DNA of 64,000 bases from the IMG/VR virus record IMGVR_UViG_3300048672_000970, positions 128,001 through 192,000 of that record, one strand, 5' to 3'. A model generated the notes under the pieces. It was given only the letters and a program-made list of their open reading frames with translations. It made no database searches and was not told where the DNA came from. Both the position numbers and the translations under genes were made by a program. How positions within the stretch are numbered: the stretch's first letter is position 1; each line of letters starts with the position of its first letter. Below are positions 9,165-17,306 of this stretch, piece by piece. Source of the stretch: a virus. Its lineage: Duplodnaviria > Caudoviricetes.

Positions 9165-9848
9165 ATGACGCATATCATTTCAGACGAAGCTCGGCAAGCG
9201 ATGACCGACGTTATCAACACCATTGGGGCGCAGCAAATGGTTCTATTTCTTTCCTCGGCCGGCGGTGGTAAGACCACTGGACTGATTAATCTGTCCTCCA
9301 AATTCATGCAAAAGGGAATGAACGGCCTTTTCATTTCGTTTGAAGAAGATGCTGCATCTGTAGCGAATCGCTTCACTACCAGCGGGGATGAGAACTTCAT
9401 TGCTGAATCAATGATTACCGTACAGGTGCAAAACGGTAGCAAGATTTGTGTTAAGCATCTGCCTCTCGAAGAAGCTTCCACTGAAACCATTAAACAGCAT
9501 GCAGTTGATATTACTACAGCAACTGGTGTTAAATTTGATTTCATCGCAGTGGATTCACTGGACATGATTCGGCCCAATGTATCTTATACGAGTGATACTT
9601 ATACCTCGGCTACGGCTCGCATTGCTAAGGAGATGTGCGCAATCGGTTTTGAACTAGATTGCCGCATCCTTACTGCAAAAACTACATCCCGGAATGCGCC
9701 ACTTGGTCGCACGTTCTCGGAAATCGGCGCAGCAGACGTAGTAATGAAAATTGAAAATACCCGTGATGGGGTATGCTCCATGCATCTACTTAAGTGCCGT
9801 TCGGCCACGCCGTTGCGTGATAACATCCTGCTGCTCGATAATCAATAA
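9165..9848 (+). CDS. truncated DnaB-like helicase paralogue (RecA-fold ATPase domain only)
   Basis: SSAGGGKT, ISFEE, FDFIAVDSLDMIRPN, LKCRS parallel the upstream helicase C-terminal domain; ATG 9165 follows GAAAGG. Confidence 0.75.
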   Translation: MTHIISDEARQAMTDVINTIGAQQMVLFLSSAGGGKTTGLINLSSKFMQKGMNGLFISFEEDAASVANRFTTSGDENFIAESMITVQVQNGSKICVKHLPLEEASTETIKQHAVDITTATGVKFDFIAVDSLDMIRPNVSYTSDTYTSATARIAKEMCAIGFELDCRILTAKTTSRNAPLGRTFSEIGAADVVMKIENTRDGVCSMHLLKCRSATPLRDNILLLDNQ

Positions 9849-9875
9849 CTCTAACACACCAACTAAAAGGAAACT

Positions 9876-10316
9876 ATGACTCAAACCCTCAAGCTCAAAA
9901 AGATTTACCCGGACGTTATTGAACCAAAGTATGCCACTGCCGGCTCCAACTGCTTTGACATCCATGCATATATCAAAGAGCCAGTAATTATTCAGCCGGG
10001 TCAATCTGTCATGATTGAATCTGGCCTCGCAATGGGTATCCCGCCCAATTATGTAGTCCTCATTTTCAGCCGGTCTGGACATGGGCACAAGCATCGTATC
10101 CGCCTGTCAAATACAACCGGCGTCATTGACTCTGATTATGTCAATCAAGTTTATATCCCGGTATGCAATGATTCTGCAGACACGGCCTACACTATCAGAC
10201 CGGGTGATCGAATTGCGCAGGCGATGCTGATTTACGCCCCTCAAGCCAGTTTTGAATGGGTGGAGCAACTGGAAGTGACTACTCGTGCCGGTGGATTTGG
10301 GTCAACTGGTAAATAA
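9876..10316 (+). CDS. dut: trimeric dUTPase
   Basis: Motifs AGSNCFDI, SRSG, GVIDSDY, GDRIAQ, RAGGFGSTG. Confidence 0.95.
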   Translation: MTQTLKLKKIYPDVIEPKYATAGSNCFDIHAYIKEPVIIQPGQSVMIESGLAMGIPPNYVVLIFSRSGHGHKHRIRLSNTTGVIDSDYVNQVYIPVCNDSADTAYTIRPGDRIAQAMLIYAPQASFEWVEQLEVTTRAGGFGSTGK

Positions 10317-10334
10317 CGGAAACCTGCATAATTC

Positions 10335-10685
10335 ATGCTCCTTGATAAAATCATTTCCGACCAGCCAACCGAAGTTTTAGAAGAAAGCTCGAACCAAATG
10401 TCAATTAGTTCGCTGTGCAAAATCGGCATCAATATGAGTGATGCTGATTTCTGGCTCACCCGTAAAGGGTCTGAAAAAGTGGTTGGCAAACCTGTAAAGG
10501 AATTTAACGCGGAGAACATTGGTATCAAAGTGACTGCCACTGACAAAATCTATCCGGATTATTTGTTCTATGTGTTCATGCATTTGCACACGACCGGCTA
10601 TTGGCAAGCTAACTCACGTGGCACGCTCGCTCTTAAAAATATTTCGGTGTCAGATGTGAAAGCACTGTCTTTCGGGTTACAATAA
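10335..10685 (+). CDS. stand-alone protein resembling part of a type I R-M specificity (HsdS TRD) domain
   Basis: PDYLFYVF...GYW...GTLALKNISVSDVKAL resembles a TRD C-terminal motif. Confidence 0.45.
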   Translation: MLLDKIISDQPTEVLEESSNQMSISSLCKIGINMSDADFWLTRKGSEKVVGKPVKEFNAENIGIKVTATDKIYPDYLFYVFMHLHTTGYWQANSRGTLALKNISVSDVKALSFGLQ

Positions 10686-10744
10686 CATTTGTTAGGCTTT
10701 CCCCGCTTGCCTGTAAAAGCGGGACTCATTAGGAGAAAAACACA

Positions 10745-10984
10745 ATGAATGAAACTTTCACTTTTGAAGGTGTTGAATACACTGTCAGCCAATTTTCACA
10801 AGATGTTCAAAATTCCATCGCGCTCATGAAGCTGATTCAGCAAGATCGGGCGAAGGCGGAAGTTGAACTGGTCAAGTGTAATGGTGCGCTTGAAACCCTC
10901 AATCAACGGGTTTCCGGTATGGTTAAAACCGAACTTGAGGCGAAGAAGACTCCGAAGGTTGAAGCGGAAGTGGTCGGCGAGTAA
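10745..10984 (+). CDS. small coiled-coil hypothetical protein
   Basis: 79 aa, SD AGGAG. Confidence 0.75.
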   Translation: MNETFTFEGVEYTVSQFSQDVQNSIALMKLIQQDRAKAEVELVKCNGALETLNQRVSGMVKTELEAKKTPKVEAEVVGE

Positions 10985-11017
10985 AGTAAGGGGAGTTAAA
11001 ACTCCCCTTAAAACATT

Positions 11018-12412
11018 ATGGACAATAACCTTTTCATTCCAAAAACCATTCGAGTTGGGTTTCAAAAGCGCGATGATACATTTACCGGAAAACTGGCGTA
11101 TGTGATTTATTTTGATGCTCAAGGAAATCTGCGTCAAGAAAAGTCGTGGCATCAGCGGCGTGACCGAGAAATTAATTTCATCGATTTTGAAAACACACCA
11201 AAGCCCAATTTCGTTTTGAACAAGGGTGTTCATCGGCAAGGATATTTTGGCTCAGGAAGAAATGTCATTCGAGTGTATGACCAGAGAGATTTCGAGTTTG
11301 AAATCACTGTCGATAATTTGCTAGGTATCCTAATGCATTCAGACGTTTCTAAACGAGACATCATGGAAGAATGCGTTTATGCTTGGAGTGGCAAAAATCT
11401 TGTTCTGTTACCAGTTAATTCGGTTGAGTATCAAAATTCAGTGAAGCATACTGAAAAACAGGCAGTTAAAATGTCCACGAAGGATTTTGTCAAGGGTTAT
11501 ACGTACATCAAAAAGAAAAGTGAGCAACACTGTGTCTATCTAGGATATTACCATTTTTACGAACCTCAACCCGACTACGTGTATGGAAAAGACGGGAAGC
11601 AATATTTTACGGCTTATGGATGGCAAAAAGAAAAGGGCAAGAAGCATGTTTTCGCTATTCAACTTCCGGAAACATCCAGCATCCGATTTGAGTACCTTTC
11701 GCCTGCACAACTAGGGGGCGTAGTTGATGCAAACGTCCATGACGAATATGCTTCAATCCTTGATGAGTTTCTAACCAGTTTCAGTGGTGCGCAAGTTGCC
11801 AAGTATGAGGTGTTCATGCCTGATAACGAAACGATTAAGAAGAAACTAGAAGGTAAAATCCGACTGCATATCCAGCAAATGAGAAGCAACCATGGCGGAA
11901 ACATTACAGGTTACCTCAACAATGGTAGCTATGTGAGGTATTTTTTCAGCGAGCACAATGGGATGGAGATTGTGTATGGTAGATTTGACGAGAATAATCA
12001 GGAAGGGTTGATTCCGGTACGAAGCGAATATTCAGACCTGTTTTATAATTACGGCACATACTTTGTAAAAGAGGGTTCGGCCGGAGATTTCCTGACCCGA
12101 ATTGCTGAAGGGCAACCGTGGAGTCTTGATGAGATTGAATTGTCATTTATCCATTCGCGGAGTATGAACCGTGACCAGGCGAAAATCATCCAAGAGTTTT
12201 TGAACAAGCGCGGTCGTAACATTTCGGTGATTGATAAACAATATGAAAAATATGGTTCGGTCAAATATAATGTCCTTACCAACACCGACGGTTCAGAGAA
12301 CATTACTTTCTCTTATACTGAAATGCTAGATTTGCTTAGAGAGCAGAACGTTGGCCGGGGTCTTCGGGCCTATTTTGAAGGGTGTGAAACCCCTGTAACT
12401 TTGAAGGAATAA
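11018..12412 (+). CDS. conserved hypothetical phage protein
   Basis: 464-aa ORF, N-terminal LFIPKTIRVGFQKR...GKLAYVIYFD. Confidence 0.8.
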   Translation: MDNNLFIPKTIRVGFQKRDDTFTGKLAYVIYFDAQGNLRQEKSWHQRRDREINFIDFENTPKPNFVLNKGVHRQGYFGSGRNVIRVYDQRDFEFEITVDNLLGILMHSDVSKRDIMEECVYAWSGKNLVLLPVNSVEYQNSVKHTEKQAVKMSTKDFVKGYTYIKKKSEQHCVYLGYYHFYEPQPDYVYGKDGKQYFTAYGWQKEKGKKHVFAIQLPETSSIRFEYLSPAQLGGVVDANVHDEYASILDEFLTSFSGAQVAKYEVFMPDNETIKKKLEGKIRLHIQQMRSNHGGNITGYLNNGSYVRYFFSEHNGMEIVYGRFDENNQEGLIPVRSEYSDLFYNYGTYFVKEGSAGDFLTRIAEGQPWSLDEIELSFIHSRSMNRDQAKIIQEFLNKRGRNISVIDKQYEKYGSVKYNVLTNTDGSENITFSYTEMLDLLREQNVGRGLRAYFEGCETPVTLKE

Positions 12413-12415
12413 CAA

Positions 12416-12820
12416 ATGGAATTTAAGATTACCCTTGAAATGACAGGAGAGCAATTGCGTGAACATGCACTTCAAACCATCTTTGCGGAACAGATGGAAA
12501 AGAATACTCCCTGTGATGGAATTTATCCAACATCGTTTTCAGAGTTCAAATCGAATTTTGATGCGATGATTGACATACTCAATCCGAGTAAAGCTAAATC
12601 AATTGAAGAAATTCAGTCGCTGTATAACGGGAAAGTTAAGCAATGGGCCGAGCATAAAGGAGCAACCCTGCTTTTCTACATGCTGACAACCAATGAACCT
12701 AAAGCCATTTCAACCAGTGTTTATAAGATTTGGTCTGACGAAATCACCCGTGAAACTTTCAAAGATAAAATGTTCACCGAAATGGCATCTGAAATCATGC
12801 CACGCTTTGTAAAGGAATAA
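12416..12820 (+). CDS. hypothetical protein
   Basis: 134 aa, SD GAAGGA, tight operon spacing. Confidence 0.75.
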   Translation: MEFKITLEMTGEQLREHALQTIFAEQMEKNTPCDGIYPTSFSEFKSNFDAMIDILNPSKAKSIEEIQSLYNGKVKQWAEHKGATLLFYMLTTNEPKAISTSVYKIWSDEITRETFKDKMFTEMASEIMPRFVKE

Positions 12821-12823
12821 AAC

Positions 12824-13270
12824 ATGACTGATACCATTGACTCGAAAATTGGTACGTTGCTTGAAGAACTTCGCAAGCGTCAACAAGACGTTAAACAGGC
12901 TGAGAGGGAATCACAGCAGAAATGGCAAACCAATTGCTCGTTTACGGGAATTTTCCCCAAGCCGCGCCCGATCAATCTTCAAACGGCTACCCCTGAAGGG
13001 CTTAAAGCGGTCGTGCGGGAACTCATCGTTATCCGAAACGCCGAACTAGAATCCTCAGCTATTCTTGAGCAGCCGGCCGATTATTCAGTGGATGGCTATT
13101 CGATTGATGCTTGGCTGGCTGATTGTAAGAAGCGTGCAGCTATTCAGAACCTGCGAGAAAAACAGAACAAGCTGGAACAACTGCAAACTCGGCTAGACGC
13201 CATTGTGTCACCTGAACAAAAACGACAGATGGAACTGGATGCCATCTCGAAAGAGTTTGATGGAATGTAA
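12824..13270 (+). CDS. coiled-coil hypothetical protein
   Basis: 148 aa, KWQTNCSF motif, heptad-rich. Confidence 0.75.
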   Translation: MTDTIDSKIGTLLEELRKRQQDVKQAERESQQKWQTNCSFTGIFPKPRPINLQTATPEGLKAVVRELIVIRNAELESSAILEQPADYSVDGYSIDAWLADCKKRAAIQNLREKQNKLEQLQTRLDAIVSPEQKRQMELDAISKEFDGM

Positions 13271-13295
13271 AAGAGGGGGCAATGGCCCCTCTTTT
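13269..13295. terminator. bidirectional intrinsic terminator
   Basis: AAAAGAGGGG...CCCCTCTTTT between convergent genes. Confidence 0.85.
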
Positions 13296-14037
13296 ATTGT
13301 GGGTGAATGACCCAGCAATCGGCCACTAACGAACTTGCCGAATCAATTCCATCGAACCATTGGTAATCCATTTGGAAATCGCCGTTCAGTCCCCAATCCT
13401 TACCCCATGAATTACGCACCCAGATAATTTGCTTGGTATCATCGTAACCTACAGCCACGACAGCATGGCCGCCAATAATCGAATCTAATGCAGTAGGAAA
13501 TCTAACATAGCCAGTATTTGCCACTTCAGCAGATTCAAAATAATCAGGTACTGAGAATCCAAAAATAACTGGCAAACCGGCTGCTAACGCAATTTTGAAT
13601 TGAGTTAAACTGGTGACACGTTCATACGATTTGATTTTAGCTTGAATGGCTAAAGCCTTCTTGTAAGCAGATTTAGTCGGCTTCGTCTTGAATTTCTTGA
13701 TGATGTACGGCCAATTAATTTCCTCACAAACACCATAGGTTTGAAATCCTTTAATGACATCTCGCAGTTCTGCCCCGGCATCTTGGCGAGTAGTTCCTTC
13801 AAAAATTCTCGCATTGTAATAAGCCATCAGCCGGGAAAGTGGATTAGACTTCGTAACAATTTCTAAAGCGGTGGTAGATGAATTGCCTGTACAAGAACCA
13901 AGTTGACCTTGGTCTTCTACCGGATTGTTCCCGTCAAAGGGAGGCACGATGGATGGTAAAACTGCAGGTGCTTGGAGGCTGAAAGCGTAGTCTCGGTGGT
14001 CGGGTGTGCTGGCTTTCCATGTGTAACGAACGGTCAT
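13294..14037 (-). CDS. papain-family (C1A) cysteine peptidase
   Basis: QGQLGSCTG (Cys), GGHAVVAVGY (His), VRNSWG (Asn). Confidence 0.92.
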   Translation of the reverse strand: MTVRYTWKASTPDHRDYAFSLQAPAVLPSIVPPFDGNNPVEDQGQLGSCTGNSSTTALEIVTKSNPLSRLMAYYNARIFEGTTRQDAGAELRDVIKGFQTYGVCEEINWPYIIKKFKTKPTKSAYKKALAIQAKIKSYERVTSLTQFKIALAAGLPVIFGFSVPDYFESAEVANTGYVRFPTALDSIIGGHAVVAVGYDDTKQIIWVRNSWGKDWGLNGDFQMDYQWFDGIDSASSLVADCWVIHPQ

Positions 14038-14056
14038 CAAATTTTTCCTTTTCTTT

Positions 14057-14063
14057 TATTTAA
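14057..14063 (-). promoter_or_regulatory. late promoter (TTAAATA)
   Basis: NTAAATA about 19 nt before the peptidase ATG. Confidence 0.5.
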
Positions 14064-14181
14064 GGGAGTTTAAGATGTGGTGAATGGAATGGGTGCAATT
14101 TGTTAAGGTGTAACAGAATGCAACGGCTCTTGACCACTTTGATGAATCAGATAGAATAGCGTCATCAACAAGGAGAACACG

Positions 14182-14400
14182 ATGACTGCAGAAATTTTCG
14201 ACCCGAAGCGTTACGTTGTTATCGGTTTTAATGCCACCCGGCGTCAAGTGAATTCCGGCCGAGTGCTGCCGGTCGAGAGGGCAGCTACGGAAAACATTCA
14301 ATCGGCAACCCTGTACGTGAAGCAGTTTCAGAAGGATCACAAATTTGTTATCCTCGTTGATAACCAAACCGGCGACCGTCAATATTTCCAAGGAGAGTGA
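14182..14400 (+). CDS. hypothetical protein
   Basis: 72 aa, SD AAGGAG. Confidence 0.75.
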   Translation: MTAEIFDPKRYVVIGFNATRRQVNSGRVLPVERAATENIQSATLYVKQFQKDHKFVILVDNQTGDRQYFQGE

Positions 14401-14403
14401 ATC

Positions 14404-14574
14404 ATGCGACCGAACCTGAAGGCTTTCATCATTACTCGCAACGGACGTTGCGGCATCGTCACCAACCATGACCGACTGGACATGAATGGTTTCATTGTCG
14501 ATATCGTTGACTTCGTGGCGCCGGACGGAAAGGTCTGGTGGACGAGTCTGGAACAAATTGAATTTGCGTCTTGA
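14404..14574 (+). CDS. hypothetical protein (56 aa), absent from the ORF track
   Basis: MRPNLKAFIITRNG...; SD AAGGAG. Confidence 0.65.
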   Translation: MRPNLKAFIITRNGRCGIVTNHDRLDMNGFIVDIVDFVAPDGKVWWTSLEQIEFAS

Positions 14575-14584
14575 CTCATTAAAG

Positions 14585-14611
14585 AAATGCCGCCCCATAA
14601 CGCGGCATTTT
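14585..14611 (+). terminator. hairpin/intrinsic terminator
   Basis: AAATGCCGC-N8-GCGGCATTTT. Confidence 0.55.
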
Positions 14612-14637
14612 GCTAGAAACTTACTTAAGGATGAATT

Positions 14638-14817
14638 ATGATTGATGAAAATGTTGAAGATGCTTTTGTAGAGGCATTTCTAATTGAGCACATTGCTAGC
14701 CGAGGTGAAGAAATCAATCAAGAGTGTTTTGACAAAGCTATTGCTGCATGTAAAAGTAATGTGGCTGATGCATGTATTCTTTATGATATTTTTAAACTTG
14801 CAAAGGAAAAATCGTGA
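14638..14817 (+). CDS. hypothetical protein (59 aa), absent from the ORF track
   Basis: MIDENVEDAFVEAF...; SD AAGGA; stop overlaps the next GTG. Confidence 0.6.
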   Translation: MIDENVEDAFVEAFLIEHIASRGEEINQECFDKAIAACKSNVADACILYDIFKLAKEKS

Positions 14818-15320
14818 AAGTGTTTATTGGGGAATACCCAACGTACATTACGCCATTCACCATCGCTGAATGGATTCTCTTTTGGAAGCATCCTGACCAC
14901 GATGCGGTATTTGAACTCGGGCTGAAGCTTTGCGGTTCTGATGAAAATCGCTCATGGCTGGCCCGACTTTGTAACTGGTATAACAACCGCCAGCAGCGGA
15001 AAATCAAGGTTAGTGTTGACCGCTCGGATTCTTATTCCGCATATCACACCCTGGCGCTCATTATTGCGCCCACGCTTATTCGACTGAAACAGGATAAATT
15101 CGGAAGCCCAGTCACTGATGATGCCGATGCTCCCGAAAATCTCGCTGGTGAAGAACTGATGCACGAGCGGTGGAATTGGATTCTTGACGAAATGATTTGG
15201 GCGTTCACGCAAATTGCAGAACAAGCTGACCCAGAACTTGATGAAATTGAAGCATGGGATGCTCGTGTCAAAAACGGGCAACGTCTATTTGGTAAGTATT
15301 ACCAAAACCTTTGGTGGTAA
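14814..15320 (+). CDS. conserved hypothetical phage protein
   Basis: ERWNWILDEMIWAF...NGQRLFGKYYQNLW; related to 58410-58988. Confidence 0.75.
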   Translation: MKVFIGEYPTYITPFTIAEWILFWKHPDHDAVFELGLKLCGSDENRSWLARLCNWYNNRQQRKIKVSVDRSDSYSAYHTLALIIAPTLIRLKQDKFGSPVTDDADAPENLAGEELMHERWNWILDEMIWAFTQIAEQADPELDEIEAWDARVKNGQRLFGKYYQNLWW

Positions 15321-15335
15321 ATGAAAGGAAGAAAA

Positions 15336-15572
15336 ATGAATGAAAATAACCCGATGACCAACTATCTCCGGTTCAAGTCGCAAATTGTCAAGCGACTCGC
15401 CGCCGAATGTGGGCTGCATGTTGATGAACATAACTTGGAAGTGGCTGTTAAGGAACTGGAATTCCTGCTAGACCAACTAGATGACGAACTCTACCATATG
15501 GAGCTGGATGTTTACGAACTCTACCATATGGAGCTGGATGTTGAGCTGGACGCTAGAGCAAACGTCCGTTAA
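15336..15572 (+). CDS. hypothetical acidic protein with an internal tandem duplication
   Basis: ELYHMELDV occurs twice. Confidence 0.65.
   Translation: MNENNPMTNYLRFKSQIVKRLAAECGLHVDEHNLEVAVKELEFLLDQLDDELYHMELDVYELYHMELDVELDARANVR
15484..15542 (+). repeat. 30-nt-period perfect tandem duplication
   Basis: ACGAACTCTACCATATGGAGCTGGATGTT at 15484 and 15514. Confidence 0.95.
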
Positions 15573-15615
15573 CACATTTTTACACTCCTGATACACGGCT
15601 CACTTGATGAGCCTA

Positions 15616-15622
15616 ATAAATA
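15616..15622 (+). promoter_or_regulatory. late promoter (ATAAATA)
   Basis: NTAAATA 21 nt before ATG 15644. Confidence 0.5.
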
Positions 15623-15643
15623 CAAGATGAATCAGGAGTGTAA

Positions 15644-16075
15644 ATGAAGCGTTTGATTGCAGGTCTAGCCATTTTTTGCGGGACAGTGTTCGCCACTGTC
15701 CCTATTGTCATTAAACCCGCTGGAGGGCCGATGCAGCCCTCTGACGTGGTTGTTTCTGCGATGCTCAATCGAACACTGGATTACCGGGTGTGTGGCGAGC
15801 CTACGAGAGACAAATTCGGAAACATCCTTCGCAGCCAAGCGGTCTTGAATGCTTTCAAACGAATTCATCCGTGTCCTATTACTGGATTGAGCACGGGTGC
15901 TTGTCCTGGCTGGCAAATCAATCATACCATTCCGTTAGCAAAGGGTGGATGTGATGCAGTCTACAATTTAGACTGGATGCCTGAACAAATCAAAACATGC
16001 ACCGACCCGTGGTGTCGAGATAGGTGGGAACGACTTTATAACGGAGATCCGCACGGTGTCATCAAATTTCAGTGA
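15644..16075 (+). CDS. HNH-like protein with a signal peptide
   Basis: MKRLIAGLAIFCGTVFA/T; FKRIHPCP.TG...GACPGWQINHTIPLAKGGCD..NL. Confidence 0.7.
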   Translation: MKRLIAGLAIFCGTVFATVPIVIKPAGGPMQPSDVVVSAMLNRTLDYRVCGEPTRDKFGNILRSQAVLNAFKRIHPCPITGLSTGACPGWQINHTIPLAKGGCDAVYNLDWMPEQIKTCTDPWCRDRWERLYNGDPHGVIKFQ

Positions 16076-16081
16076 ATACTG

Positions 16082-16090
16082 TGGTAGAAT
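16082..16090 (+). promoter_or_regulatory. extended -10 promoter (TGGTAGAAT)
   Basis: TGn-TAGAAT before ORF 16119. Confidence 0.55.
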
Positions 16091-16118
16091 TGCTCCATCA
16101 TAACTTTTTGGAGTTCTA

Positions 16119-16328
16119 ATGTACTCAAACGATTTTGAAGACCTAATCGAACATGCTTATTGGGTATTTGATGCCCGACGAAATGGATATCCACCCTATA
16201 AAAATGATACGGCTTATTCTGAACGAGATGATTTCAAAATGGCTTTACGAGAAGCTTTGTCGAAGTTGATGGGTCACCCCGGTGATGATGACCCATCTGT
16301 GAAACAATCATCACCATCCACTAACTGA
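16119..16328 (+). CDS. hypothetical protein
   Basis: 69 aa, SD GGAG. Confidence 0.7.
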   Translation: MYSNDFEDLIEHAYWVFDARRNGYPPYKNDTAYSERDDFKMALREALSKLMGHPGDDDPSVKQSSPSTN

Positions 16329-16339
16329 AAAGGTAAAAT

Positions 16340-16636
16340 ATGCTTTTTGAAACTCAACTTGCGGCTATTAATAGCGCTCCTATTTTCATGCTCAAATTTT
16401 ATGTGATGCATCCATATGAACCGCAAACAATTGCTTTGCAAAGCCCCACTGTAACTTCTGACGAGCTATATCAATACATTGATGTTCTCAAATCTAAATT
16501 TGAAACCGTTAATGATTCAGTGCGAATTCCAATTCTGAAGGTGAAGCCCGAAATGGATGAGAACTGGCCGAAAATGTTCGATTTTTTCCAGACCTTTGAG
16601 CCACTGGTAGACCCTAAGACGGTGGAAGGGCTATAA
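16340..16636 (+). CDS. hypothetical protein
   Basis: 98 aa, SD AAGG. Confidence 0.7.
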   Translation: MLFETQLAAINSAPIFMLKFYVMHPYEPQTIALQSPTVTSDELYQYIDVLKSKFETVNDSVRIPILKVKPEMDENWPKMFDFFQTFEPLVDPKTVEGL

Positions 16637-16682
16637 TAAAGTAAAAGCGGGCTTGGCCCGCTTTACGCTTTGAAAGCAGAAC

Positions 16683-17306
16683 ATGAAATACCCTCGCACA
16701 TTTCACCACCCTGAAAGTCCAGGGGTTTCGTCGGATGATAAAGTCATCAAAACCCTGGATGCGTTCATTGGGCAGCAAATTATCATTTCTCTGAAATACG
16801 ATGGCGAAAACACCACTGGTACTAACTCCGTTTGTCATGCTCGCAGTCTAGATTCGGCCAACCATCCATCACGTAATTGGGTTAAGAACTTTCATGGTTC
16901 ATTCAAGCACCTGATTCCTGATGGGTGGCGTATTTGTGGAGAGAACCTTTATGCGACTCATTCCATTCATTACCAAGACCTTGAATCCTATTTCTTTGGG
17001 TTTTCTGTTTGGGATGATAGGAATGTTGCACTAGATTGGGACTCTACACTTTTATGGTTTGAGGAATTTGGTATCACCCCGGTGAAAGAACTTTACCGAG
17101 GCGAGTATAATGATGCAGTGATTACGAACCTCATCAAAAACTTTGACACTAAGCTACATGAAGGTTTTGTCTGTCGAGTTATTGGGGAAATCCCATATGA
17201 GGACTTTAACAAATTGGTCTTCAAGTGGGTCAGGCCAAATCATGTGCAAACGGAAACTCACTGGATGCATTCTGAAATGAAAGTTAACAAACTGAAAGGA
17301 ATATGA
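16683..17306 (+). CDS. RNA ligase family nucleotidyltransferase
   Basis: KYPRT; motif I LKYDGEN, III GENLY, IIIa FGFSVW, IV EGFV, V KWVR. Confidence 0.85.
   Translation: MKYPRTFHHPESPGVSSDDKVIKTLDAFIGQQIIISLKYDGENTTGTNSVCHARSLDSANHPSRNWVKNFHGSFKHLIPDGWRICGENLYATHSIHYQDLESYFFGFSVWDDRNVALDWDSTLLWFEEFGITPVKELYRGEYNDAVITNLIKNFDTKLHEGFVCRVIGEIPYEDFNKLVFKWVRPNHVQTETHWMHSEMKVNKLKGI

Noticed and set aside
10987-11010. Hairpin TAAGGGGAGTT/AACTCCCCTTA as a terminator or riboswitch
   Set aside because: No U-tract and no aptamer context; at most a processing or stability stem
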